Made by a program: the position numbers and the translations under genes
NCBI GenBank assembly: GCA_002269645.1
Contig: NIVC01000695.1
Location: forward strand, 310,001-374,000
Origin: Macrostomum lignano
Taxonomy: Eukaryota
Direction: 5' to 3'
Length of the DNA: 64,000 nucleotides
In this document: one piece after another, positions 53,309 to 64,000 of the stretch
Numbering within the stretch: the first letter of the stretch is position 1
How the letters are laid out: every line of letters starts with the position of its first letter
The notes under the pieces: generated by a model
Told to the model about the DNA's origin: nothing
The model's input: only the letters and a program-made list of their open reading frames with translations
Databases searched by the model: none

Positions 53309-54050
53309 TGTTTTTTCTATCTTGTTTTCCTACTGCTTGCTCGCATCATTGGTGAATTTGGCAATTTTAAAAACGTTTTCTCCTCTGTTTAATGAATTTT
53401 ATCGCGATTTTTTTAAATTTGATTTCAGCTACGGATGGCCGCGAGTTCGAGCTTGTGCCCAGTCGATCGATCGTCATTGACGACTCGGTGAGCAGCAGCG
53501 TATTCAACGAGTCCGACAACTTTCGCTCCGACGCTGAGTGTCTGTCGTGGTGCGAGCAACGACTGTGCGTTGTGGCAGTCGTGAATGACACCAGTCACGT
53601 CTGCCAGCTGGTCTTGATCAATGATGAGTCATCAGGTCAGCCTGGACCGAACGGCAGTCACGTGACAAGACAGCTCGGCTCGCCCGGCAACTTTGCAGTT
53701 CGTCTGTGGAAAGCTGATGATTTTCAGGCGCAGTTAAAGCCAAAATTACGACTGGCTAATTTGATTTTCAGAAGTAAGAGTATCTCAAAACAATAACAAT
53801 AACAATTAAATGAATCAACTTCCGGTAACCTGCAGACACAAGTATCAGTCGAATTGGAATCATCCAAAGGTTCACCGTGAACTCTACCAGCTGCTACCGC
53901 ATTCAGGCCTACGGAGCAGCAGGCGGCAGTACTATCGTTATTAATGCTGGAGTTCGGCCCGGCAGAGGAGCTTACGCAGCTGGAAAATTTCTTCTTACCG
54001 CTGGCACCAAGCTGAAAAATCGTGGTCGGTCAGGCTGGTGAAAATGTCAC
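53309..54050 (+). pseudogene. PAN plus glycine-rich gene, paralog 2, 5' part (exons ~53309-53351, 53429-53773, 53836-54050), disrupted
   Basis: AECLSWCEQRLCVVAVVNDTSHVCQLV (PAN) then SCYRIQAYGAAGG...GRGAYAAGKFLLTAGTKLK; same intron phases as paralog 1. Extra A in AAAAA at 54015-54019; exon cut by the insertion at 54051. Confidence 0.78.
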
Positions 54051-55539
54051 CACTACGTATCGCGCCAAATCTGCTGGGTTTTCAGAATTCTGACGCAAAA
54101 AACGCAAATTATACTACTATTCGAAAATGAAGTAAGTAGTATACAAAAACGCTATCCTAAGCGTGATATACGGTAATATGTAATTGTAATAATCCATGTG
54201 CTCACATTAATTCCATGTACATTAATCCCTATCTATCTCAAATTGTACATTAATTCCATGTACATTAATCCATATCTCAAATTGTCTATCCCCAATTCTA
54301 TATGTACACTCACATTAATCTACAGTGTCATCCCCAGCGCGCGCGCGCACCAAAATTACAACTCGAAACCCTACTATATGTACAGTGTACAATCTCATCT
54401 ACTACTACCAAATGAGTCAACTAATTGTGTAGCCTACAACGTAAATGTATATTTCCAATCTACATTCTCAGAGACAGATTTGAATAATACGGGTCGGAGT
54501 CTATATGTACATCGATAGCCTCTATACTCGTATCCGCTACATACCCCAAAAATTAGGTATGTACATTTTCACCCTCGGAGAATGTAGGTTTGAATATGCT
54601 GATAATTTATTCGAAATCACTTATAAAATACACATACTTTCATATAGAGGCGGGCCTGTACAAACTCTCGCCAAGCGATGGGGTGGAGGTTGCGTCATCC
54701 AAGCCTCTCCCAAGTCTGCCCCCCCCCCCCCAAATACAAGACTGTGTTGAAGCAGTGCTTTATATTTCTATTGACAGTGAGTATGATACAAGACGCTTCG
54801 TCGCGCTTTAATTACAGTAAACCATCCCCTCGAAGCTCCTATACTGAATGCTGAATCACCCTTTAACTCGGACCATAGTCAAATTCAACCCTTTTCGAAA
54901 ACAGCCACCCCTCCGATGTTCACCAGACACAGCGCAGACCCCATAACAAATCGAGCTAAATTTTAACACTCGCCCCTGTTCTCTCTGTCCCCCCTTCTAA
55001 ATGCCAAGGAATTTCGACCCTATCTCCATTTTCAGTGTACAGACAGATCTTTCCACAGCACAGACCCTATATTAAACTTCAAAACCCCTCTCTTCTCCGA
55101 TTACGTCATCCATGCCGCTCCAGTTAGCAAGAAACCAACTTTTAATGCACACATCAACCCCCGCGAGCAAATCCGAGTCCGCCAACCTCTACCTGCATTG
55201 ACAAACCCCAGCTGCATTTGTAAATGTACACAGCCTATGAATCAGTGTCTCCACCGCATGCAATTCTGATTTACTTGATTCTAAACTTTGTAAATTGTAT
55301 AAGTCACCCTTGCGTTATACTAGAAGTAGTGAAGTCCACATATTTAAATACGTGAGGCTATTCAATTCTGCCTCTCCGCCTCCCCTACCTTCTCACTTCA
55401 AGCTTTCAGACTTGGTCTTTGAGACGGTCGGTTTAATCTGTTAGAAGCAGGAATGAATCATGCATTGACCTCTCCATACAAAGTAAAGTTGGAATTTCAG
55501 ACAAGAAATTTGGTTATTTTAAAAGCTAAATGACTAGAA

Positions 55540-57146
55540 ATGCACATTTTTTTCATTAAAATGCAGCTTTTTACAGTTTTTTTACGATTTTAACCTTAAA
55601 ATGCAGACTTTGTTGATCAAAATCAGTAGTTTCATCACTAGAAACCATACTTTCAGCAGCTAATTTGTCCAAATGTCGCTTTCAACTTGACCTTAGACAG
55701 CTTTTAAGCAGGAATGAACCCCACACAAACATCCACAAGCCAGCCCAAAATCATCCAAAGACATGGCTATTGAAGCCTAAATTGCTAGAAATGAGCATTT
55801 TTTTCATAAGAAAATACAAATTTTCACAGTTTTTATGCATTTTTACGTTAAAATGCAGACTTTATTGATCAAAATCAGTAGTTTCATCACTAGAAACCAT
55901 ACTTTCAGCAACTAATTTGTCCAAATATCGCTTTCAACTTGACCTTAGACAGCTTTTAAGCAGGAATGAACCCCCACGAACATACACAAGCTAGCCCAAA
56001 ATCATCCAAAGACATGGCTATTGAAGCCTAAATTGCTAGAAATGCGCATTTTTTCTGTTACCCTTGCCACTGTGTTGGTGGTAAGGGCGTTTAAACTGCG
56101 GGGGGAGGGGCTCGCTTGGCTGGGGCGGGTGCGTGCGGGGTGGCGTGTGCTGCGGGGGGCGGGGGGTCGCGGGGGTGCTAGCTTGATTTCATATTTAGTC
56201 CGGTCCCCCGCTTGTTCGCCGTGCGTTCGTGTTTGCTCAGATTTTTTTTAGCTTTTTTTTCTCATTCGGCTATTAAATCTTTCGCAAGAAATAAATAATT
56301 CATCGGCTGCCTTTTTTTTCGACCTGCGGAGGTTCCGTTTCGCGCCATCCCTTGTCTTGCCTCGTTCCTTTCCCCGCGGTTTAAATAAGAAAATACAAAT
56401 TTTCACAGTTTTTATGCATTTTTACGTTAAAATGCAGACTTTATTGATCAAAATCAGTAGTTTCATCACTAGAAACCATACTTTCAGCAACTAATTTGTC
56501 CAAATATCGCTTTCAACTTGACCTTAGACAGCTTTTAAGCAGGAATGAACCCCCCACGAACATACACAAGCTAGCCCAAAATCATCCAAAGACATGGCTA
56601 TTGAAGCCTAAATTGCTAGAAATGCGCATTTTTTCATAAGAAAACACAAATTTTCACAGTTTTTACGCATTTTTTCGTTAAAATGCAGACTTTATTGATC
56701 AAAATCAGTAATTCATCACTAGAAACCATACTTTTAACACAAAATTATCAAAAATGCTACTTCTGGAACTCTGAGACAGCTTTGAGCAGGAATTATAATC
56801 GCACACGGATTACCCGAGCCAGTCCAATATTCCACTGAAGCCAGGGTTTTTTAAAGCTGAATTGTTAGAATTGCTCATTCTTTCGTTTAATAAATGACAA
56901 TTTTCACAGTTTTATTATTTTCTAACGTTAAAATGCGAAATGTATTGGTCAAACTTAGTAGTTTCATCCCAAAAACCATAATTTCAACCGCTAATTTGTC
57001 CAAATGCTGATTTCAAAGTTGGCAAGAGACAGCTTTCGAGCAGGAATGAGTCACACACTGATCTCCATATGCACACCCCGCCCCAAGTTGGAATTCCACC
57101 CAAGGCATTTTCATTGAAAGCTAAATTACTAGAAATTGCACATTTT
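55540..57146. repeat. ~250-bp tandem subrepeats in the left arm of the giant element (mirrored at ~58620-60450)
   Basis: AAATGCAGACTTT.TTGATCAAAATCAGTAGTTTCATCACTAGAAACCATAC recurs at ~55599, 55851, 56430, 56683 and degenerately at ~56930; interrupted by a GC-rich segment at ~56060-56390. Confidence 0.9.
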
Positions 57147-57350
57147 GCAGGTCAAGGAGCATTAATACATGAACTAACACTCCTATTTTACATTCATTGA
57201 GAGGCGGCGGCGCGGGCGGAGGGTGGCCGGACCGTGACTGTGCGCAGCACAGTCCCTGTCTCTACTGCCGCCTCCGCCCGCGCTGCCGCCTCTCAATGAA
57301 TGTAAAATAGGAGTGTTAGTTCATGTATTAATGCTCCTTGACCTGCAAAA
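57143..57350. mobile_element. 208-bp hairpin MITE at the inner edge of the left arm
   Basis: ~80-bp inverted repeats TTTTGCAGGTCAAGGAGCATTAATACATG...GGCGGAGG / CCTCCGCC...CATGTATTAATGCTCCTTGACCTGCAAAA. Confidence 0.8.
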
Positions 57351-60300
57351 ATTATACGGTTGCTAGGCAGTGTCGTAACACAGGACCTGCGTTTTTCTGT
57401 AAAGTAATAATAACCCCACCATTAATATAGACAGTTGGTCGTGTAAACGAATGATTTGAAAGTTTAGTCTATGTTTTACAAAATGTCTCTATGAAAACTC
57501 ATCTTCCTACTGACAGTAGAGCTTGCAAAAATCAGTTCTTGGAAGAATGCGACATTTTCGTGAAAATATTTAAACTGCTATATTGGTCCTATGACAGATT
57601 TTTATTGAGAAACTATCGTCATTTCCACAGAGAAAGATAAACATGTGAAGCTTTCGTGAAGATTACATCTTCATACTACGGGTATCAAATTTTCCTGTAT
57701 TTGACTGAACGTACGTGCATTTAGTCATAGTCGGGGGAGTGCTTCAACCATTTCTCAGGTTTAAATCGGCTGCTGCTTGCATATGTACATCACATGTAAA
57801 TGAACATGTGGTAAATCTGATGAGGAACTATGCACACATGCGCGAGTTGCCCCGGAAAGAGCTGAGATTGATGGATAATGAAAAATCAGTAGTAAAGAGA
57901 GAATGAGGCTGCGTGACCACCCACCCCATTATCCTGTCTTTCCGTTGCATGGCAGCACGTAATTAAATGTGTCAAGTGTACAATTGATTCAATCGATTAC
58001 TCGTTTATACGCAAAGCATCGAGAGGTTTTTAATTGCATCCAAACTTTCTGACTAATGCCTTCGTGTGTTCCAAAGAAGGAGACACTGATTCATAGGGTG
58101 TGTACATTGACAAATGCAATTACAGCACGCAGGGTAGGGTTGGCTTTGGTAGACGCGCGGATTTGCTTGGTTCGCATTGTTCATATATGTGCATCGAAAT
58201 TTTTTTCTTGCTAACTGCTTCTATGGGGAGGTGGATGACGTAATCAAGATAGGGTTTTGGTTGGAGGAGGCTCAATATATGGGTCCGTGCTGTGAAGATA
58301 TCTGTTTGTACACTGAAGTTGGAGAGGTAGGGGTCGGAATTCCTTGACAGTTAGAAATGGTAAGGTCAGAGAGACAGGGACGAGTGGTTCTGTTCTACAT
58401 GGGTCTGTGCTGTGAAGACGAGTCTAATATGACCATTGGGTGTTGGCTGTTTTGCCAATTCAGTAATATACTAAGCCTGTCCAGCTGTTTGCCGCATGAG
58501 TCACTTTTCTCGGTGGGTGCAGAAGGAGAGAGAGAGAGGTCTGGGAGGGACAGTTTAAATGTCAATCGAAATCAACGGGCCGCTTCGCCGACTGTATATG
58601 TTAAAATTATTATAGCTAGGTTTATAGCAAACTGTACGTTTTAACCCAATATTCAAGAATAATCCCTTCCCTGACTTCTTGAGGGGTATTACACGTACCA
58701 AATACACACATTTGATGATGAAACAGCATTTTTAAGTTGTAAAAATTATGGTTTCTGCTGATGAAGCGATTCATTTTGTTCAATAAAGTCAGCATTTTAA
58801 CGTTAAAAAGAGTTAAAACTGTAAAAATTGACCTTTTTAAAACGAAAATGTGCAATTTCTAGTAATTTAGCTTTCAATGAAAATGCCTTGGGTGGAATTC
58901 CAACTTGGGGCGGGGTGTGCATATGGAGATCAGTGTGTGACTCATTCCTGCTCGAAAGCTGTCTCTTGCCAACTTTGAAATCAGCATTTGGACAAATTAG
59001 CGGTTGAAATTATGGTTTTTGGGATGAAACTACTAAGTTTAACCAATACATTTCGCATTTTAACGTTAGAAAATAATAAAACTGTGAAAATTGTCATTTA
59101 TTAAACGAAAGAATGAGCAATTCTAACAATTCAGCTTTAAAAAACCCTGGCTTCAGTGGAATATTGGACTGGCTCGGGTAATCCGTGTGCGATTATAATT
59201 CCTGCTCAAAGCTGTCTCAGAGTTCCAGAAGTAGCATTTTTGATAATTTTGTGTTAAAAGTATGGTTTCTAGTGATGAATTACTGATTTTGATCAATAAA
59301 GTCTGCATTTTAACGAAAAAATGCGTAAAAACTGTGAAAATTTGTGTTTTCTTATGAAAAAATGCGCATTTCTAGCAATTTAGGCTTCAATAGCCATGTC
59401 TTTGGATGATTTTGGGCTAGCTTGTGTATGTTCGTGGGGGGTTCATTCCTGCTTAAAAGCTGTCTAAGGTCAAGTTGAAAGCGATATTTGGACAAATTAG
59501 TTGCTGAAAGTATGGTTTCTAGTGATGAAACTACTGATTTTGATCAATAAAGTCTGCATTTTAACGTAAAAATGCATAAAAACTGTGAAAATTTGTATTT
59601 TCTTATTTAAACCGCGGGGAAAGGAACGAGGCAAGACAAGGGATGGCGCGAAACGGAACCTCCGCAGGTCGAAAAAAAAGGCAGCCGATGAATTATTTAT
59701 TTCTTGCGAAAGATTTAATAGCCGAATGAGAAAAAAAGCTAAAAAAAATCTGAGCAAACACGAACGCACGGCGAACAAGCGGGGACCGGACTAAATATGA
59801 AATCAAGCTAGCACCCCCGCGACCCCCGCCCCCCGCAGCACACGCCACCCCGCACGCACCCGCCCCAGCCAAGCGAGCCCCTCCCCCCGCAGTTTAAACG
59901 CCCTTACCACCAACACAGTGGCAAGGGTAACAGAAAAAATGCGCATTTCTAGCAATTTAGGCTTCAATAGCCATGTCTTTGGATGATTTTGGGCTAGCTT
60001 GTGTATGTTCGTGGGGGGTTCATTCCTGCTTAAAAGCTGTCTAAGGTCAAGTTGAAAGCGATATTTGGACAAATTAGTTGCTGAAAGTATGGTTTCTAGT
60101 GATGAAACTACTGATTTTGATCAATAAAGTCTGCATTTTAACGTAAAAATGCATAAAAACTGTGAAAATTTGTATTTTCTTATGAAAAAAATGCTCATTT
60201 CTAGCAATTTAGGCTTCAATAGCCATGTCTTTGGATGATTTTGGGCTGGCTTGTGGATGTTTGTGTGGGGTTCATTCCTGCTTAAAAGCTGTCTAAGGTC

Positions 60301-61935
60301 AAGTTGAAAGCGACATTTGGACAAATTAGCTGCTGAAAGTATGGTTTCTAGTGATGAAACTACTGATTTTGATCAACAAAGTCTGCATTTTAAGGTTAAA
60401 ATCGTAAAAAAACTGTAAAAAGCTGCATTTTAATGAAAAAAATGTGCATTTCTAGTCATTTAGCTTTTAAAATAACCAAATTTCTTGTCTGAAATTCCAA
60501 CTTTACTTTGTATGGAGAGGTCAATGCATGATTCATTCCTGCTTCTAACAGATTAAACCGACCGTCTCAAAGACCAAGTCTGAAAGCTTGAAGTGAGAAG
60601 GTAGGGGAGGCGGAGAGGCAGAATTGAATAGCCTCACGTATTTAAATATGTGGACTTCACTACTTCTAGTATAACGCAAGGGTGACTTATACAATTTACA
60701 AAGTTTAGAATCAAGTAAATCAGAATTGCATGCGGTGGAGACACTGATTCATAGGCTGTGTACATTTACAAATGCAGCTGGGGTTTGTCAATGCAGGTAG
60801 AGGTTGGCGGACTCGGATTTGCTCGCGGGGGTTGATGTGTGCATTAAAAGTTGGTTTCTTGCTAACTGGAGCGGCATGGATGACGTAATCGGAGAAGAGA
60901 GGGGTTTTGAAGTTTAATATAGGGTCTGTGCTGTGGAAAGATCTGTCTGTACACTGAAAATGGAGATAGGGTCGAAATTCCTTGGCATTTAGAAGGGGGG
61001 ACAGAGAGAACAGGGGCGAGTGTTAAAATTTAGCTCGATTTGTTATGGGGTCTGCGCTGTGTCTGGTGAACATCGGAGGGGTGGCTGTTTTCGAAAAGGG
61101 TTGAATTTGACTATGGTCCGAGTTAAAGGGTGATTCAGCATTCAGTATAGGAGCTTCGAGGGGATGGTTTACTGTAATTAAAGCGCGACGAAGCGTCTTG
61201 TATCATACTCACTGTCAATAGAAATATAAAGCACTGCTTCAACACAGTCTTGTATTTGGGGGGGGGGCAGACTTGGGAGAGGCTTGGATGACGCAACCTC
61301 CACCCCATCGCTTGGCGAGAGTTTGTACAGGCCCGCCTCTATATGAAAGTATGTGTATTTTATAAGTGATTTCGAATAAATTATCAGCATATTCAAACCT
61401 ACATTCTCCGAGGGTGAAAATGTACATACCTAATTTTTGGGGTATGTAGCGGATACGAGTATAGAGGCTATCGATGTACATATAGACTCCGACCCGTATT
61501 ATTCAAATCTGTCTCTGAGAATGTAGATTGGAAATATACATTTACGTTGTAGGCTACACAATTAGTTGACTCATTTGGTAGTAGTAGATGAGATTGTACA
61601 CTGTACATATAGTAGGGTTTCGAGTTGTAATTTTGGTGCGCGCGCGCGCTGGGGATGACACTGTAGATTAATGTGAGTGTACATATAGAATTGGGGATAG
61701 ACAATTTGAGATATGGATTAATGTACATGGAATTAATGTACAATTTGAGATAGATAGGGATTAATGTACATGGAATTAATGTGAGCACATGGATTATTAC
61801 AATTACATATTACCGTATATCACGCTTAGGATAGCGTTTTTGTATACTACTTACTTCATTTTCGAATAGTAGTATAATTTGCGTTTTTTGCGTCAGAATT
61901 CTGAAAACCCAGCAGATTTGGCGCGATACGTAGTG

Positions 61936-63241
61936 TCACCTGCGCAGTGGGCGCCGGAGGCGGCGGTGGAAGCTTCGTGTACATTGAAAACAGCTCCAAT
62001 GCGCTTATAGTAGCCGGAGGAGGCGGGGCCATGTCAGGCTATTTATCTGGTACGAACTGATCAACAATTTTATTTTTTCTGATTTTGATCGCCTTCTATT
62101 TTGTTGTCTACCTGGCGAACTACACCCGTTTTCTGGGGTACACATTCGGGTGCAGTCGTGGAACATCGTTCAAATTAAAATAAAGCAGGGGTCGGCCCAA
62201 ACTTTTTTATCTCAAGGGCCATATAGAAGATAGAAGAAAGGAGAGATAGATAAGGGAAAGAAAAAAAGAGAATGCAGGAGGGGATGAGGGATGAAATAGG
62301 AGAGGAAAGAGGGGAGAAGAGGAAAGAAGTGGAGAGGAGATTAGAGAAGAGAGCTGAGAAAAGAAAAATTTAAAGCGGGAAGAATGCTATGGTGAAACTT
62401 CAAAGGACCGGAGGGCCGAATAAGGAGGCTTTGAGGGCCGGAGTTTGCTGACCCTTGACTTAAAATCTTTAAGCAAAGCATAACAAAGTAGCTGATTCGT
62501 TTCTTCACGCAATCAAATTGCTGATTAATTAAGAGTATTAATTTATTTACTAATTAGCGGGATGACTCTCTAGATAAAAATGACAAAACTAGCGTTTGAA
62601 TTGGTGCCAAAACCTAAATAGCATAAAAATCGTTTTTTCTGTAAATTTTTATGACTCAAATCCAATTAGAAACTAAAACTTACTCGCTGTCGCTATAATA
62701 TAAACATCCATTGATTCAATCGCATTAATACGCTCGTAACTTGCAGGCGCCGACGGCAATAACGACATCAGTGAAAGCTTCCAATTCAGCTGACGTGTAC
62801 GCCGGTGCCGGCGGCACAAACGGCTCGGCAGGTGCGTTTGGCGCCCAGTATTCTGTAAACTTGACAGTCTCCTGCCGCGGTCCCGGAGCCGGGTGGAGCG
62901 GCCCGGCTCCCAAGTGCGGCTACAATCACCCCAGCGGCGGCGGTCTGAGCATCTCAGGTGGCTGGCTCGGAGGCGAGCGCGATCTTATCGGCTACGCTAA
63001 CATCGCTGGAAACGGCAGGTTTGGCGGCAGCGGCGCCGGTAGAGGCTCCTGCGTGTTGAAGCACATCGGAGCCGGAGGCGGCGGAGGCGGCAGCGGTGCT
63101 GGCTCGAAGTCTAATATCGGCGGCGGCGGTGGCGGCTCCTACTGCAGCGGCTCCGGCACTAACTGTGTGATGGTCGCTGGCAGCAACACGGAGTTGCACG
63201 GGCGAGTGCTGCTGACGCGATTAGGAGATACTTGTGGTTGA
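61936..63241 (+). pseudogene. PAN plus glycine-rich gene, paralog 2, 3' part (exons 61936-62049 and 62747-63241)
   Basis: CAVGAGGGGGSFVYIENSSNALIVAGGGGA then GPGAGW...GGWLGG...GRFGGSGAG...GAGGGGGG...GGGGGSYC...HGRVLLT, parallel to paralog 1. The junction at 62747 is out of frame with the long ORF unless a downstream AG is used. Confidence 0.78.
62186..62457. mobile_element. hAT (Charlie-like) MITE in the last intron of paralog 2
   Basis: CAGGGGTCGGCCCAAAC ... GTTTGCTGACCCTTG imperfect TIRs with subterminal GGGCC motifs and a purine-rich interior; 8-bp flanks only partly match. Confidence 0.6.
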
Positions 63242-64000
63242 TTTGACCTGAGAATTTACCGAAAATCTCTTCAAATTTTAGAAGACAACCGTTCTAAAAA
63301 CAGTTTAGATCAATACATGTATGAGGACTGTTAAGCATCCTATCAATTAACGAGCTTTCACTTAATAACTTTCATTGTGTACGCTCCTCGATGGTTAGGT
63401 GGTTTGTCGAATGATTAGGCGACCTAACAACATCATGTCTAGCTAGTACTGTACATATAGTTCGTTCGTATTTATATTCGCTCGAGCAACTATATTATAT
63501 ACAGCGAGTGGAGGTGTTGCCTCAATTGATTTCACTCCAAAGTAGCGACTTGACTCGACGCTCGTATTACAAATGGGGACGAACGAGAATGGCGGAAGAG
63601 ACTGACACAAGCAATAGATGCATTTTGTGTAAGTTGATGATCCAGACCCTTTAAGTGGTCAATACTCCATCGTATATTAAGCATACAAACGTATTTTACA
63701 CGAATGTAATATAGCTCGTCGTACATTCAGAGCTTTATACTTGCAATACGCTGCTGAAGACGATTGAGAATTTTCAGTTGTACTATTGGTAAATGTTTTT
63801 TTCACTGCAAGCTATACTTGAGGGCATCCATCAGCAGTTTAAGGTGTTTGCCATTGTCGAGACAGCTTCAGGAACTTATTGACAGTTTTCAAGAACTGAC
63901 GTTTGTAAAAGTCAAAGTGCACTTCTAAAACAACTCGCGTGCAGTTAAGATATAGGCTCTTCAAGTTTAACAATAATCTACTCTAGTAACTGGCAGGTCA

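Larger units (their letters stand above)
54051..61935. mobile_element. 7885-bp giant palindromic non-autonomous DNA transposon (arms ~54051-57146 and ~58845-61935), Chapaev/CMC-like ends
   Basis: CACTACGTATC...GATACGTAGTG termini; TCAC duplicated on both sides; mirrored ORFs (54505-54750 vs 61239-61481 etc.). Removing it restores ENVTCAVGAGGGGGSFV in the host exon. Confidence 0.92.

Noticed and set aside
54198-61788. Short mirrored ORFs in the giant palindrome as a transposase
   Set aside because: All are under 110 aa, low complexity, with no DDE or zinc-finger motifs; they only reflect arm symmetry.

Overview
Eukaryotic, intron-containing genomic DNA, probably from an invertebrate. A free-living flatworm such as Macrostomum is my inference from GC-rich exons, minisatellite-filled introns and PAN/glycine-rich genes. 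Left half, minus strand: the 5' part of a netrin-like gene (exons 2913-2295 and 1802-1209, continuing off the window) and a complete six-exon COPB2 (coatomer beta-prime) gene, 34355-3948, about 935 aa. Every intron of both genes holds its own unrelated tandem repeat, and COPB2 intron 3 is a 24.3-kb array of a 37-bp satellite carrying two copies of a 266-bp MITE. Directly upstream of COPB2 is a ~4.8-kb block almost devoid of CpG, a likely hypermutated transposon relic. Right half: minisatellites, a truncated fucolectin(FTP)-PAN gene, several MITE/foldback elements with readable TSDs, a LINE RT scrap, a CORE-type SINE, and two paralogous PAN/Apple + ALK/LTK-like glycine-rich genes. The second paralog is split inside an exon by a 7.9-kb non-coding palindromic element with ~3.1-kb near-identical arms, CAC...GTG ends and a 4-bp TSD. 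All exon boundaries, counts and identities were read by eye.
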